Positions 29,131-37,793 of a stretch of 64,000 nt of DNA are shown piece by piece. The DNA comes from Candidatus Shapirobacteria bacterium (GTDB taxonomy: Bacteria; Patescibacteriota; Microgenomatia; UM-FILTER-40-11): assembly GCA_020059745.1 (NCBI GenBank), contig JAGVBK010000003.1:1123-65122 (forward strand). Direction: 5' to 3'. The position numbers and the translations under genes were made by a program. The notes beneath the pieces are model-generated. The model was given only the letters and a program-made list of their open reading frames with translations, did no database searches and was not told where the DNA came from. The first letter of the stretch is position 1. Each line of letters starts with the position of its first letter.

Positions 29131-29165
29131 TTTAGAGTTTAGGATTTAGGGTTTAGTGTTTAATA
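29131..29165. repeat. Tandem heptamer array TTTAGAG TTTAGGA TTTAGGG TTTAGTG TTTAATA; copy 3 of the intergenic repeat family
   Basis: Five head-to-tail heptamers lie directly upstream of the promoter of the giant adhesin gene. An adjacent aatttgaacttttggttttgaaatta segment resembles the spacer of copy 2. Confidence 0.6.
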
Positions 29166-29174
29166 AAATAGTTC

Positions 29175-29203
29175 TTGACAAGTCCTATAATCTCCTCTAT
29201 ATT
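29175..29203 (+). promoter_or_regulatory. Sigma70-like promoter TTGACA-N17-TATATT for the giant surface protein gene
   Basis: TTGACA at 29175-29180 and TATATT at 29198-29203. No obvious SD precedes the ATG at 29235. Confidence 0.45.
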
Positions 29204-29234
29204 AAGGTAAGCGCTTGCCTGTGCTTTTTATTAC

Positions 29235-32200
29235 ATGAATAAAATTAAGTTTCTTCAAAAAATATTTTCCCTAATCACTTCTTTTAGCTTGCTTATTCAG
29301 TCATCTTTTGGATTTTTAACAACCTACAATTTTGCTTATGCCCAGGAAGAACCAACCCCGACTCCTGAAGTTACGGTTACGGTTGTTCCTCCCCAAGAAG
29401 AACCTACCCCAGAACCAACAATAGTAGTGACAGAAATACCTTTGCCAGAACCAACAGAAACGCCAACTGTAACAACAAATGTAACAGAGCCGGAAACCAC
29501 TCCAACACCTACCCCAGCAGAAACACTTCAGCCTGATTTAAACGAGCCTGAAATAAACGAGCCAAGTGCAGCTCTTAACCCTTCTATTTCAACAGATAAA
29601 GATGATTACCCCCCTACAGGAACAGTAGTTCTTACCGGAAAAGATTTTCCGGCAAACACGGAATTAAGAATTAAGGTAACTTGGCCGGATGGGCAGGTAA
29701 GAAGCGCTTCAGGCGAAATAGGCCAGACAGATACAGCAAAAACAGACGATCAAGGGAACCTTACTTTCTTTTATCCCCTAAGAGGAGAAGGACAGGAAGG
29801 GGAATACCTAGTTGAAATTATTAATGGTGAAACAGTTTTAGCAATTACAAATTTTACAGATCAACATCCCGAGCAGTCTTCGCCAATTGTACTTAATGAA
29901 ATTTTACCTGATCCAATGGGGAATGTTGGAGCGCAAGAGGCAGATGAATTTATTGAAATATACAACAAAGGAACTGAGGTAATCGATCTTTCGGGTTTTA
30001 CCCTGACCGATACCCAGGGCGCAAATCCGTCTCCATTTTCGCTTTCCGGCACGATAGGGGCTGGAGGTTTTATTTCTTATCCTAAAACTGTTTCCCAAAT
30101 AACTCTTAATAACGACGGGGATACTGTGCAGCTTCTTTATAATAGTGTGGTAGTTGATTCGTATAGTTATACTTCTTCGTCAATTACTGAAGGCCGCAGT
30201 TACGGACGGTGTGGTGACGGAGAGGATAATTGGGTTGAGTTGGCGAACCTAACTCCAGGAAGCGCTAATGACTGCTCTTCGCTAGACGATAATCAGACTT
30301 TATCTCAAGAGGTTTGTCCTGAAGGTGAGGGCGGTTGGGTAAAGGTGGATGGTCTAAGTAGTTTATATTATTTTTACACGGCCCCAACAGGCAAACTTGT
30401 ATCTAATACTTGCTACAAAGCAGGAAATACTGTTGTTTATGGGGAAATTACTCCTCCTGCTTCTCCAGTTACAGTTTCCTCAACTGTTTTTAACCAAGAT
30501 GGTTGCACGGAAATTGGTTCGGGATGTAATTATCAGAATTTGTCTCATGCATCTTTTAAGCTTGTTGACGAACCTCTCCCTGATCCGTATTTTAATCTGG
30601 CTGTATGCTATGAAGGTTCTCTTGGTACCCAAGCAACAGAAGCAAGATTTGGGTATTTGGCAAGAGATCTTTCTCTTGAATCAGTAGTGGAAAGAAATAC
30701 ATTGACTAACGGGGGTTCCCTGCCGCAAGGAATTCCTTTAGGTCAGAATTCTGAAAGAGTATGGTCTACAAACACTTACGTATTGAATTCAAACAATTAT
30801 GTTTGGACAGTAAAAATTAACGGAAAACAAAAAACTGCAACAATTGATAAGTTGGGAGGTAAAAATAGTATTGTTACTGAGCAAAACCAATGTCCATTAC
30901 CTGAACCGGTTTGCGGTAATGGAATCTTGGAAGGAGACGAAGAATGTGATGATGGAAATACACTAGATGGTGATAATTGCAATTCCAATTGCCAGTGGGA
31001 ATTAATATGTGATCCTGAAAAAGAACTTGCCATTAACGGTGGGTTTGAAACACCGGTTGTTGGTTCTCAAAAATGGGATATTTTTGAATCAGGAACTTCA
31101 GGCCTTAGTTGGACGGTAAACTGGCGCGAAAGTTTTGGTAACTACAGAGGTTGGGAACTTCCTGATCCAGCTCATCTTGAGCTACATAGGAGTGTTAATG
31201 GATGGTTGCCAAGAGAAGGATCACAGCATGCGGAACTTGATTCAGATTGGAATGATCACTCAGGGAATCTTAATAACGAACCAGCCTCAACGGTCATTTA
31301 TCAAGATATTCCTACAATTCCAGGCAATCAATACACAATTAAGTTTTACTTTTCCCCAAGGCCAAATACACCTCAGACAGACAATGTTCTTGAGTTTAGT
31401 TGGGGGGGAGAAGTTAAGGAAACTATTTCCAGGGCAGGGGGTAGTAATACAGACTGGTCAGAGCATACTTATACTTTTACAGCAACAACAACACCAACAA
31501 GACTTCAATTTAAAGATTTGGGAACGGCAAATTCTTTAGGTACGCTGATTGATGGAGTAAGTGTTCGCTGTCTTGGTCCGGAAAAAGGTTCATTAACAAT
31601 TTGTAAATATAATGATTTAAACAAAGACGCACAAATAACTGAAGGTGAGCCAAAAATTTGGTGGGAAATGACAGTTGTTGATATGGATGGAGCAGATGCA
31701 GGGGAAACCTGGAATAAAGCTACTCCGGCAAATGACTGTTTAACACTTGAAGGGATGGATTTTGGGGAATACGAAGTAACTGAAACTGAAACGTCGGGGT
31801 GGACTCGATCTTATCCTACGGATAGTAATTCTCAAACAGCAGTCTTAAACGTAAGCAATTCGGATGTGATCGTGAATTTTCTAAACTATGAAACACCTCC
31901 GGTTTGTGGAGACGGAGTGATTAATCAAGATTCTGAAGAATGTGACGGAGATGATTTGGGAGATGCTGATTCGGAGAGTAATTTTTGCACCACTGAATGT
32001 AAACTAGTCCCTGTTTATTATGGCGGTAATTCTTGCCCTCCTGAGTATCCGGTTCCAAAGCTTCTTGGGACATACACTGTTTCCAGTACGGATGCTGATG
32101 GGATTTTGGTTCCGGTAACCACGGGAGGAAGATATCTCTTTGAGGCTCTAGGGACTTATCGCCCGACCCAAAGAGATGCTGTGCCGGCAATGTGGTTTGC

Positions 32201-35200
32201 CGATGCCGGTTATTCAACTGATAATAATTGGGACTCATTAAAAACTCAATATGGGATTGGGGGGAGTGGTATTGACAAGGGAGCACATGCGCTTTTGGGA
32301 AACTTGGGTAGCGGAGTGGGGATTGTCGAATGGGGGGATTACAACCAAGATCACGAATATCGTTTTTATCATGAACCAACTCTTTCTTCTTTGCAATTTG
32401 TTATTGGTGACCGTTGGGACTCTTGGTATGGGACAAAATGGGATAACCAGGAGGGAATGTATGATAACAGCGGAGAACTGACTTTAAAATTATATGAGTG
32501 CCTTCCTCAAAAACCTCAATATCTTTGTGACGATACAATTTATACTGCCAATAATCAGAGCAGCTTAACCTGGCTTGACAGCAGCAATGGCAGCACCCAT
32601 GAACTTACTACTATGAATTTTGGTTCTTCGGCCAGTGCAGACGACCCCTTTATGCATATAACTTATTATGTAAATAGATATGGAAACAGTGATGAGTTAG
32701 CTTACTACGACCATGATAGTGATACTCATACTACGGTTGGCAATTTGAATGTTTCATCATTCTTCACAAAACTTGCTTTTGACATTTATGGGAGGTTATA
32801 CGGTCTTACCGATGAACACTCTTTATACCTAATAGATAAAGAAAACGCCTCGGTTGAGAAAAAGGGAGTTATAAGCGGAATTAACAGTGGCGGCGACATA
32901 ATTTTTGATGAAAATAACGATTTATATCTCATTGGAACAAACGGATGGCTCTACACTATTGATCTTTCGACTCTAGTTGCTAGCTTAGTTAAAAAAACAG
33001 GACTAAGCAGCGTAACAGGGATTGCTTACAGGCAGGGGGTCTTTTATGTATCCACTGTAAATAGCGGAAAGTCCAATATTTACACTATGGATAAGTTAGG
33101 TAACGCTTCGGGCCCTCTCAATCAGGAACCGGTTGACCCCATTAATGACCTTAGCTCATGTCTTCCGGGAACCCCGCCTATTTGCGGCGATGGGGTGGTC
33201 AATCAAGCTTCAGAGCAATGTGACGGCGTAGAGGGGACAGCGGGTGATGGCAGTAATTTCTGTACTGATACTTGTAAGTTGATTCCGGTTTATTCAGGAG
33301 ACAATACTTGTCCTGATGGAAAAGTAAAGGCTGCTTCTCCTGTTTTTTCCCAATTTGTGAATGTTAGTCCCACAGCAAGTGAATACATGGTTGTTAATGG
33401 TTTAACAGAAGGAGAAGATTATCTTGTTGAAGTTTCAGGAAAGTATCAATTTGATCCTGGTGTTGCGACCAAATGGGCAGACGCAGCTTATGCCTCTTAT
33501 GCGGCGGATGGAGCAGGTTCACTTCCATGGAACTTCAGAACTGATTTAGGAATTCATCCAACAACAGGTAAAGACGCGGTGGGCAATTATAAAAGCAGGG
33601 GAATTACTTCTTTACTTTCCGACTTGGGAACTGGAGTTATGGGAGTGGTTGATTGGGGAGATTTCGATGAAGGTCATAATTATTCGTTCCTTTATAAGGC
33701 ACTTGCAAGTTCTCCAAAGTTTATTGTTTCTGAATGGTATGGGGATTGGTATAAAACAAGCCAGAGTAATTTTAATACCTTTAATAATCTTGGCAGTTTG
33801 AATCTTGAAGTTTATGAATGTGTGGAGCCGGGCATAATTAAAGGAACTAAGTATCTTGACGAAAACGCTAATGGTATTCATGATTATAATCTTTCTTTAT
33901 CCGATGTTTACGAAAGTCAGCTCCTGAATGGGTGGAAAATTAGGCTTTATGATTCTGGCTGGAACAAGATTGACGAAACTGAAACGGCGAATTTAGGAAA
34001 TAAAGGCCAGTATATATTTAACAATGTCGTCCCCGGAACCTATTATGTTTGCGAGGTAATGGAGAATGGTTGGGAACAAACAGGACCGAACGAGGGAGAT
34101 GGAAGTATAAACAATAATTGGCAGCAGACTGGCAATGGATTGGCGGTAGAGAATGAATCTCCTAATAAAGAGGAAGAAGGTTCAGTTTGTTGGAAAGCTG
34201 ATGTTGAGCCGGGCGAAGAAGATAAATGGCTTAAGTTTGGCAATACGCAATATGGTTCAATTTTGGGGGTTAAATGGGAAGATGTTAATGGAGATGGAGA
34301 CCGAGACGAAGGTGAGGATGGGCTTTCCGGTTGGACAATTCAATTAAAACAAGGAGAAAATACTATTGAAACCACTACTGGCGAAGGCGGAGTCTATTCT
34401 TTTGAGAATGTAATTTCCGGAGAATATGAAGTTTGTGAAGTCATGAAAGATGGTTGGGAAAACACTGCTGGCGGGGTTTGCCGGGAAATAACTTTATCTG
34501 CTGGCGAAGATAAGTCTGGCGTTGATTTTGGGAACTTTGAGCTCGGAAGAATTTTTGGTTACAAGTACAACGATATTAATGATGACAGCAACTTAGATGT
34601 TGGCGAGACCGGGGTTAACGGCTGGCAGATTTGCATTGAGAAACAGGAGGATCAGTTTTCACTACCTGATTTAGCAGCTGAGGTTGCTTCAGAAAATGAT
34701 GAAGGAAATTGTGTTTATACTGATGAAACTGGTTATTACGAATTTACGGGATTAACTGCCGGTATATATACTATTATTGAAGAAGACAGAAGCAGCGAAG
34801 GCTGGAGAGCAAGCAACCCTGAATCGGGAAAATATGAAGGAATTGAAATTCTCTCAGGAACAGGCTACGGTGAAGAAAGCAATTATGACTTTTATAATGC
34901 TCCTCCGCCCAGCATTCTTTTAAATAAAAGCAATAACAATTCTTCAGCCGGAGTTGGAGATACCGTAGGTTACATTTTAACCATTACAGTTGGCGAAAGA
35001 ACTCTTTCAGATATGACTTTGGTTGATAATCTTCCTGAAGGTTTTACCTATCAGGCTGGATCTTCCAAAATTAACGGGAATTCGGTTGAGCCGGCAATTT
35101 CCAATGAGGATAAAACATTAACCTGGACTTGGGGAGAAGTTTTAGCAGGGTCTGTGATAGTTGTAACTTATGATATTAAGATTGAGCCTTCAAACCAGCC

Positions 35201-35462
35201 TGCAGCTTATACAAACTATGCTCAGGTATCCGGGCACGGGTCTCCTACGGTAGTAACCAGCGATATTGTTCAATCAGAAGTTTGGATTGGCAATGTTTAT
35301 GCCTATAATGGCACGGTCGGAGGCCAGGTTTTAGGAACAAGCACAGGCCAGGTTTTAGGCGCTTCCACTTTGCCTGCAGCCGGTTCTGAGACTTGGTATT
35401 TACTGGCAGCCTTTAGCTTAATCGGAACAGGCCTTTTTATTAGAAAAAAGTATTTACATTAA
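29235..35462 (+). CDS. Giant (2075 aa) multidomain cell-wall-anchored adhesin, a probable sortase substrate
   Basis: Signal peptide and PT-rich linker, then an LTD (IVLNEILPDPMGNVGAQEADEFIEIYNKGTEVIDLSGFTLTD...GDTVQLLYNS). Three Myxococcus-type Cys-rich repeats follow (CGNGILEGDEECDDGN.., CGDGVINQDSEECDG..FCTTECK, CGDGVVNQASEQCDG..FCTDTCK). Next come two homologous ~210-aa domains ending LxLYEC, a beta-propeller-like segment, three SdrD/Cna-B-type repeats (GWE..G) and DUF11. The C-terminal sorting signal is LPAAG plus a hydrophobic helix and RKKYLH. Confidence 0.8.
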   Translation: MNKIKFLQKIFSLITSFSLLIQSSFGFLTTYNFAYAQEEPTPTPEVTVTVVPPQEEPTPEPTIVVTEIPLPEPTETPTVTTNVTEPETTPTPTPAETLQPDLNEPEINEPSAALNPSISTDKDDYPPTGTVVLTGKDFPANTELRIKVTWPDGQVRSASGEIGQTDTAKTDDQGNLTFFYPLRGEGQEGEYLVEIINGETVLAITNFTDQHPEQSSPIVLNEILPDPMGNVGAQEADEFIEIYNKGTEVIDLSGFTLTDTQGANPSPFSLSGTIGAGGFISYPKTVSQITLNNDGDTVQLLYNSVVVDSYSYTSSSITEGRSYGRCGDGEDNWVELANLTPGSANDCSSLDDNQTLSQEVCPEGEGGWVKVDGLSSLYYFYTAPTGKLVSNTCYKAGNTVVYGEITPPASPVTVSSTVFNQDGCTEIGSGCNYQNLSHASFKLVDEPLPDPYFNLAVCYEGSLGTQATEARFGYLARDLSLESVVERNTLTNGGSLPQGIPLGQNSERVWSTNTYVLNSNNYVWTVKINGKQKTATIDKLGGKNSIVTEQNQCPLPEPVCGNGILEGDEECDDGNTLDGDNCNSNCQWELICDPEKELAINGGFETPVVGSQKWDIFESGTSGLSWTVNWRESFGNYRGWELPDPAHLELHRSVNGWLPREGSQHAELDSDWNDHSGNLNNEPASTVIYQDIPTIPGNQYTIKFYFSPRPNTPQTDNVLEFSWGGEVKETISRAGGSNTDWSEHTYTFTATTTPTRLQFKDLGTANSLGTLIDGVSVRCLGPEKGSLTICKYNDLNKDAQITEGEPKIWWEMTVVDMDGADAGETWNKATPANDCLTLEGMDFGEYEVTETETSGWTRSYPTDSNSQTAVLNVSNSDVIVNFLNYETPPVCGDGVINQDSEECDGDDLGDADSESNFCTTECKLVPVYYGGNSCPPEYPVPKLLGTYTVSSTDADGILVPVTTGGRYLFEALGTYRPTQRDAVPAMWFADAGYSTDNNWDSLKTQYGIGGSGIDKGAHALLGNLGSGVGIVEWGDYNQDHEYRFYHEPTLSSLQFVIGDRWDSWYGTKWDNQEGMYDNSGELTLKLYECLPQKPQYLCDDTIYTANNQSSLTWLDSSNGSTHELTTMNFGSSASADDPFMHITYYVNRYGNSDELAYYDHDSDTHTTVGNLNVSSFFTKLAFDIYGRLYGLTDEHSLYLIDKENASVEKKGVISGINSGGDIIFDENNDLYLIGTNGWLYTIDLSTLVASLVKKTGLSSVTGIAYRQGVFYVSTVNSGKSNIYTMDKLGNASGPLNQEPVDPINDLSSCLPGTPPICGDGVVNQASEQCDGVEGTAGDGSNFCTDTCKLIPVYSGDNTCPDGKVKAASPVFSQFVNVSPTASEYMVVNGLTEGEDYLVEVSGKYQFDPGVATKWADAAYASYAADGAGSLPWNFRTDLGIHPTTGKDAVGNYKSRGITSLLSDLGTGVMGVVDWGDFDEGHNYSFLYKALASSPKFIVSEWYGDWYKTSQSNFNTFNNLGSLNLEVYECVEPGIIKGTKYLDENANGIHDYNLSLSDVYESQLLNGWKIRLYDSGWNKIDETETANLGNKGQYIFNNVVPGTYYVCEVMENGWEQTGPNEGDGSINNNWQQTGNGLAVENESPNKEEEGSVCWKADVEPGEEDKWLKFGNTQYGSILGVKWEDVNGDGDRDEGEDGLSGWTIQLKQGENTIETTTGEGGVYSFENVISGEYEVCEVMKDGWENTAGGVCREITLSAGEDKSGVDFGNFELGRIFGYKYNDINDDSNLDVGETGVNGWQICIEKQEDQFSLPDLAAEVASENDEGNCVYTDETGYYEFTGLTAGIYTIIEEDRSSEGWRASNPESGKYEGIEILSGTGYGEESNYDFYNAPPPSILLNKSNNNSSAGVGDTVGYILTITVGERTLSDMTLVDNLPEGFTYQAGSSKINGNSVEPAISNEDKTLTWTWGEVLAGSVIVVTYDIKIEPSNQPAAYTNYAQVSGHGSPTVVTSDIVQSEVWIGNVYAYNGTVGGQVLGTSTGQVLGASTLPAAGSETWYLLAAFSLIGTGLFIRKKYLH

Positions 35463-35463
35463 A

Positions 35464-36426
35464 ATGAAAAAAATATTTTTAACAATTTTATTTTTAATTA
35501 GCCTCTGCTTTTTTTCAGTAAACAAGGCTTTTGCCGGGGATTTAGTACTTTCTTTATCAAAACTGCCTGATTATAGGAAGGGTTCTTCTTTCCGGCTTTA
35601 TTACACCTATTTTGAAACTGACGGAAAGACTGCAACAGTTAATCTTTTTATCCAAAAGGACGGCAAAGATTGGAGGCAGACAAACCAAAAAGACAAGACT
35701 ACTGTTTCAGGATACTTTGAAGTGGGCGGCTCTGATTTTTATGACGGTGAAGGAAAGTATCACTTTTATGCAACTGCAAAAACTGACGAAGACACAGTTA
35801 CCAGCGAAACTGTCAGCACTATTCTTGATTCAACTTCGCCGGGAAAAGTGACTGATTACAATAAAGAAAGGCTTAATGCGGCTAGCTTCAGATTAAAGTG
35901 GAAAAATCCTGAAGATTCCGATCTTGACCGGGTTCATATTTACCGTTCAAAAGAAAGAAGCTTTACTGCTGATTCAGGAACTAGGGTAGCGGTAATGCAT
36001 GGTGCTCCCGGGGAAAAGATGATTTGGGAAAATGGTGTTCCTGAAAACGATATTGAATTTTACTATGCTTTTATTGCCTTTGACCACGCCGGCAATCATT
36101 CAGAAATTGTGACTGATGCTCCGGGAGAAGTGACCCCTGGCGCTGTTTTAGGCACACAAACCGAGCTTGGCACAGGAGGGCCTTTAACTTATGATGAAGA
36201 AACAGTAACTTTGCCAGAGGAAGAGGAGACTGAAACGGAAGAGGAAGAAGGACAATTGGGAGGAGGAATTTCCACTGAAGCGGGCGATGTAATGGGCGAC
36301 CAAACTGAGAAGAAATCAAAAACTCCTTACTTTCTTGCCGGTTTGGGAGCTTTGGCAGTGCTTGTTTTTTCCTACTTTAGATTTGTTAAAAGAAATAAAA
36401 GAAGGATAAAACCCAGCAAATGGTAA
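35464..36426 (+). CDS. Secreted, C-terminally membrane-anchored surface protein with Fn3-like domain and acidic stalk
   Basis: 320 aa. Signal peptide, a beta-rich domain, an Fn3-like segment (FRLKWKNPEDSDLDRVHIYRS), an acidic linker (LPEEEETETEEEEGQLGGG), and a C-terminal TM plus basic tail (RFVKRNKRRIKPSKW). There is no canonical LPxTG. Confidence 0.5.
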   Translation: MKKIFLTILFLISLCFFSVNKAFAGDLVLSLSKLPDYRKGSSFRLYYTYFETDGKTATVNLFIQKDGKDWRQTNQKDKTTVSGYFEVGGSDFYDGEGKYHFYATAKTDEDTVTSETVSTILDSTSPGKVTDYNKERLNAASFRLKWKNPEDSDLDRVHIYRSKERSFTADSGTRVAVMHGAPGEKMIWENGVPENDIEFYYAFIAFDHAGNHSEIVTDAPGEVTPGAVLGTQTELGTGGPLTYDEETVTLPEEEETETEEEEGQLGGGISTEAGDVMGDQTEKKSKTPYFLAGLGALAVLVFSYFRFVKRNKRRIKPSKW

Positions 36427-36455
36427 ATTTTTCGTACAAAGGATAACTAAAAAAA

Positions 36456-36478
36456 CTCACCGGTTTGGTGGGTTTTTT
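36456..36478 (+). terminator. Rho-independent terminator (CTCACC/GGTGGG stem, T6)
   Basis: Sequence actcaccggtttggtgggtttttt follows the 35464..36426 gene. The next gene has a strong RBS GGAGGTG. Confidence 0.55.
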
Positions 36479-36503
36479 CTTTTCTGGAAAGGAGGTGAGA
36501 TAA

Positions 36504-37070
36504 ATGAAAAGGATTTTAAGTAGCTTAATAATAATTGCCCTGCTTGCCTCTACCGCTGTTGGGGCAACCCAGGCTTTTTATCATGATGAGGTGGTTTTAG
36601 GAACTAATACTTTTGCTTTAGGTACAGTTGACTTGGAAAATGCTTGGACTAGCGGTTTTCCGTTTAGCTTAAATAATTTAGCCCCAGGGCAAGTCTCGTC
36701 AACTGGTGTTTTAGGTGTTGGCTATGGAGGCTCTCTTACGGCCGATCTTTATTTTGGAGTTAAGGCTGATACAGGGGAGAATCTAAAAGACTATTTAGAA
36801 TATTACATTGAGGAAGTGACAGCAGGAGGTACTCACATTAGGAATGTTTTTGGATGGAGGGATGTAAGCGATGCTTTTACCAACTGGAACTTGGTGGCAG
36901 ACAATGTCACCAAGAGTCAATGGAAATATTATAGGTTACATGTAAGAGTTAAGGATTCAGCTGATAATGGTACTCAAGGCATGTCTGCTACCAATTATGT
37001 AATAATTTATGCTGTTCAAGACGGGGGAACCGCTCCTGGTACAGCTCCATGGCAGTATCCAACTCCATGA
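36504..37070 (+). CDS. TasA/camelysin-like secreted protein with SipW-cognate-type signal peptide
   Basis: N-terminus MKRILSSLIIIALLASTAVGATQAFYHDEVVLGTNTFALGTVDLE fits the SipW-dependent signal-peptide pattern (h-region, then A-x-AFF/Y-x-D, N-T-F-x-A/L-G-T-l-D-L). The body is beta-rich and ~160 aa. Confidence 0.65.
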   Translation: MKRILSSLIIIALLASTAVGATQAFYHDEVVLGTNTFALGTVDLENAWTSGFPFSLNNLAPGQVSSTGVLGVGYGGSLTADLYFGVKADTGENLKDYLEYYIEEVTAGGTHIRNVFGWRDVSDAFTNWNLVADNVTKSQWKYYRLHVRVKDSADNGTQGMSATNYVIIYAVQDGGTAPGTAPWQYPTP

Positions 37071-37133
37071 AAATCTAATTTAGATTCTCAGGTCACCTAA
37101 GCTAGGCTTGGGTGACCAATAGAGGTTAAATAA

Positions 37134-37793
37134 ATGATTAAGACAAAAAAAGTTGGAAGAGTTCTTTATTGGTTTTTAATTGCTTTTCTGGCGCTTGTGG
37201 CTGGGGTGGTGGCGGTATCAATTTTAGACATTCCCGGAGGGATTAAGCTGTTTACGGTTCAGAGCGGGTCAATGTCTCCTAAAATCAGAGCCGGGAGTAT
37301 TGTTGTAGTTAAGCCTGCTGATCATTATCGTACGGGAGATGTAATCACCTTTAGGTCCGAACCTGAGAGGGAAGTCAAAATACCAAAGCTCACAATAACC
37401 CACAGAATTGATGAAGTGAAGTTAAAAGATGAAGGTCTTTTTTATCAAACAAAAGGGGATGCTAACCCAGACCCAGATGTTGACCTGGTTGCAGCAGACT
37501 TGGTTTTAGGCAGGGTCATTTTTTCTTTACCCCTAATTGGATATCCGGTTTCTTTTGCAAAAACGCAAGTTGGACTAATCGTTCTTATTATTGTTCCTGC
37601 GACAGTAATTATATATTCAGAACTTCTGACTATTAAAAACGAAGCAAAAAAACTCATAAAAGAAAGGAAAAGGAGAAAACTTTCCTCTCTCGAAAAAGCG
37701 GAGGTAACAATCGGGGAGGGAATGGTATCAGTAGAAGAAGGGCTCGAAAAAGTGGGGGAAGAAATTAAGGAAAAAATGTCAAATGAAGAATAG
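37134..37793 (+). CDS. Signal peptidase I, SipW/archaeal type (S26B)
   Basis: 219 aa with an N-terminal TM. Catalytic Ser motif SGSMSPKIRAGSIVVVK, His region ITHRIDEV, a second TM near the C-terminus, and a charged tail. Confidence 0.75.
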   Translation: MIKTKKVGRVLYWFLIAFLALVAGVVAVSILDIPGGIKLFTVQSGSMSPKIRAGSIVVVKPADHYRTGDVITFRSEPEREVKIPKLTITHRIDEVKLKDEGLFYQTKGDANPDPDVDLVAADLVLGRVIFSLPLIGYPVSFAKTQVGLIVLIIVPATVIIYSELLTIKNEAKKLIKERKRRKLSSLEKAEVTIGEGMVSVEEGLEKVGEEIKEKMSNEE

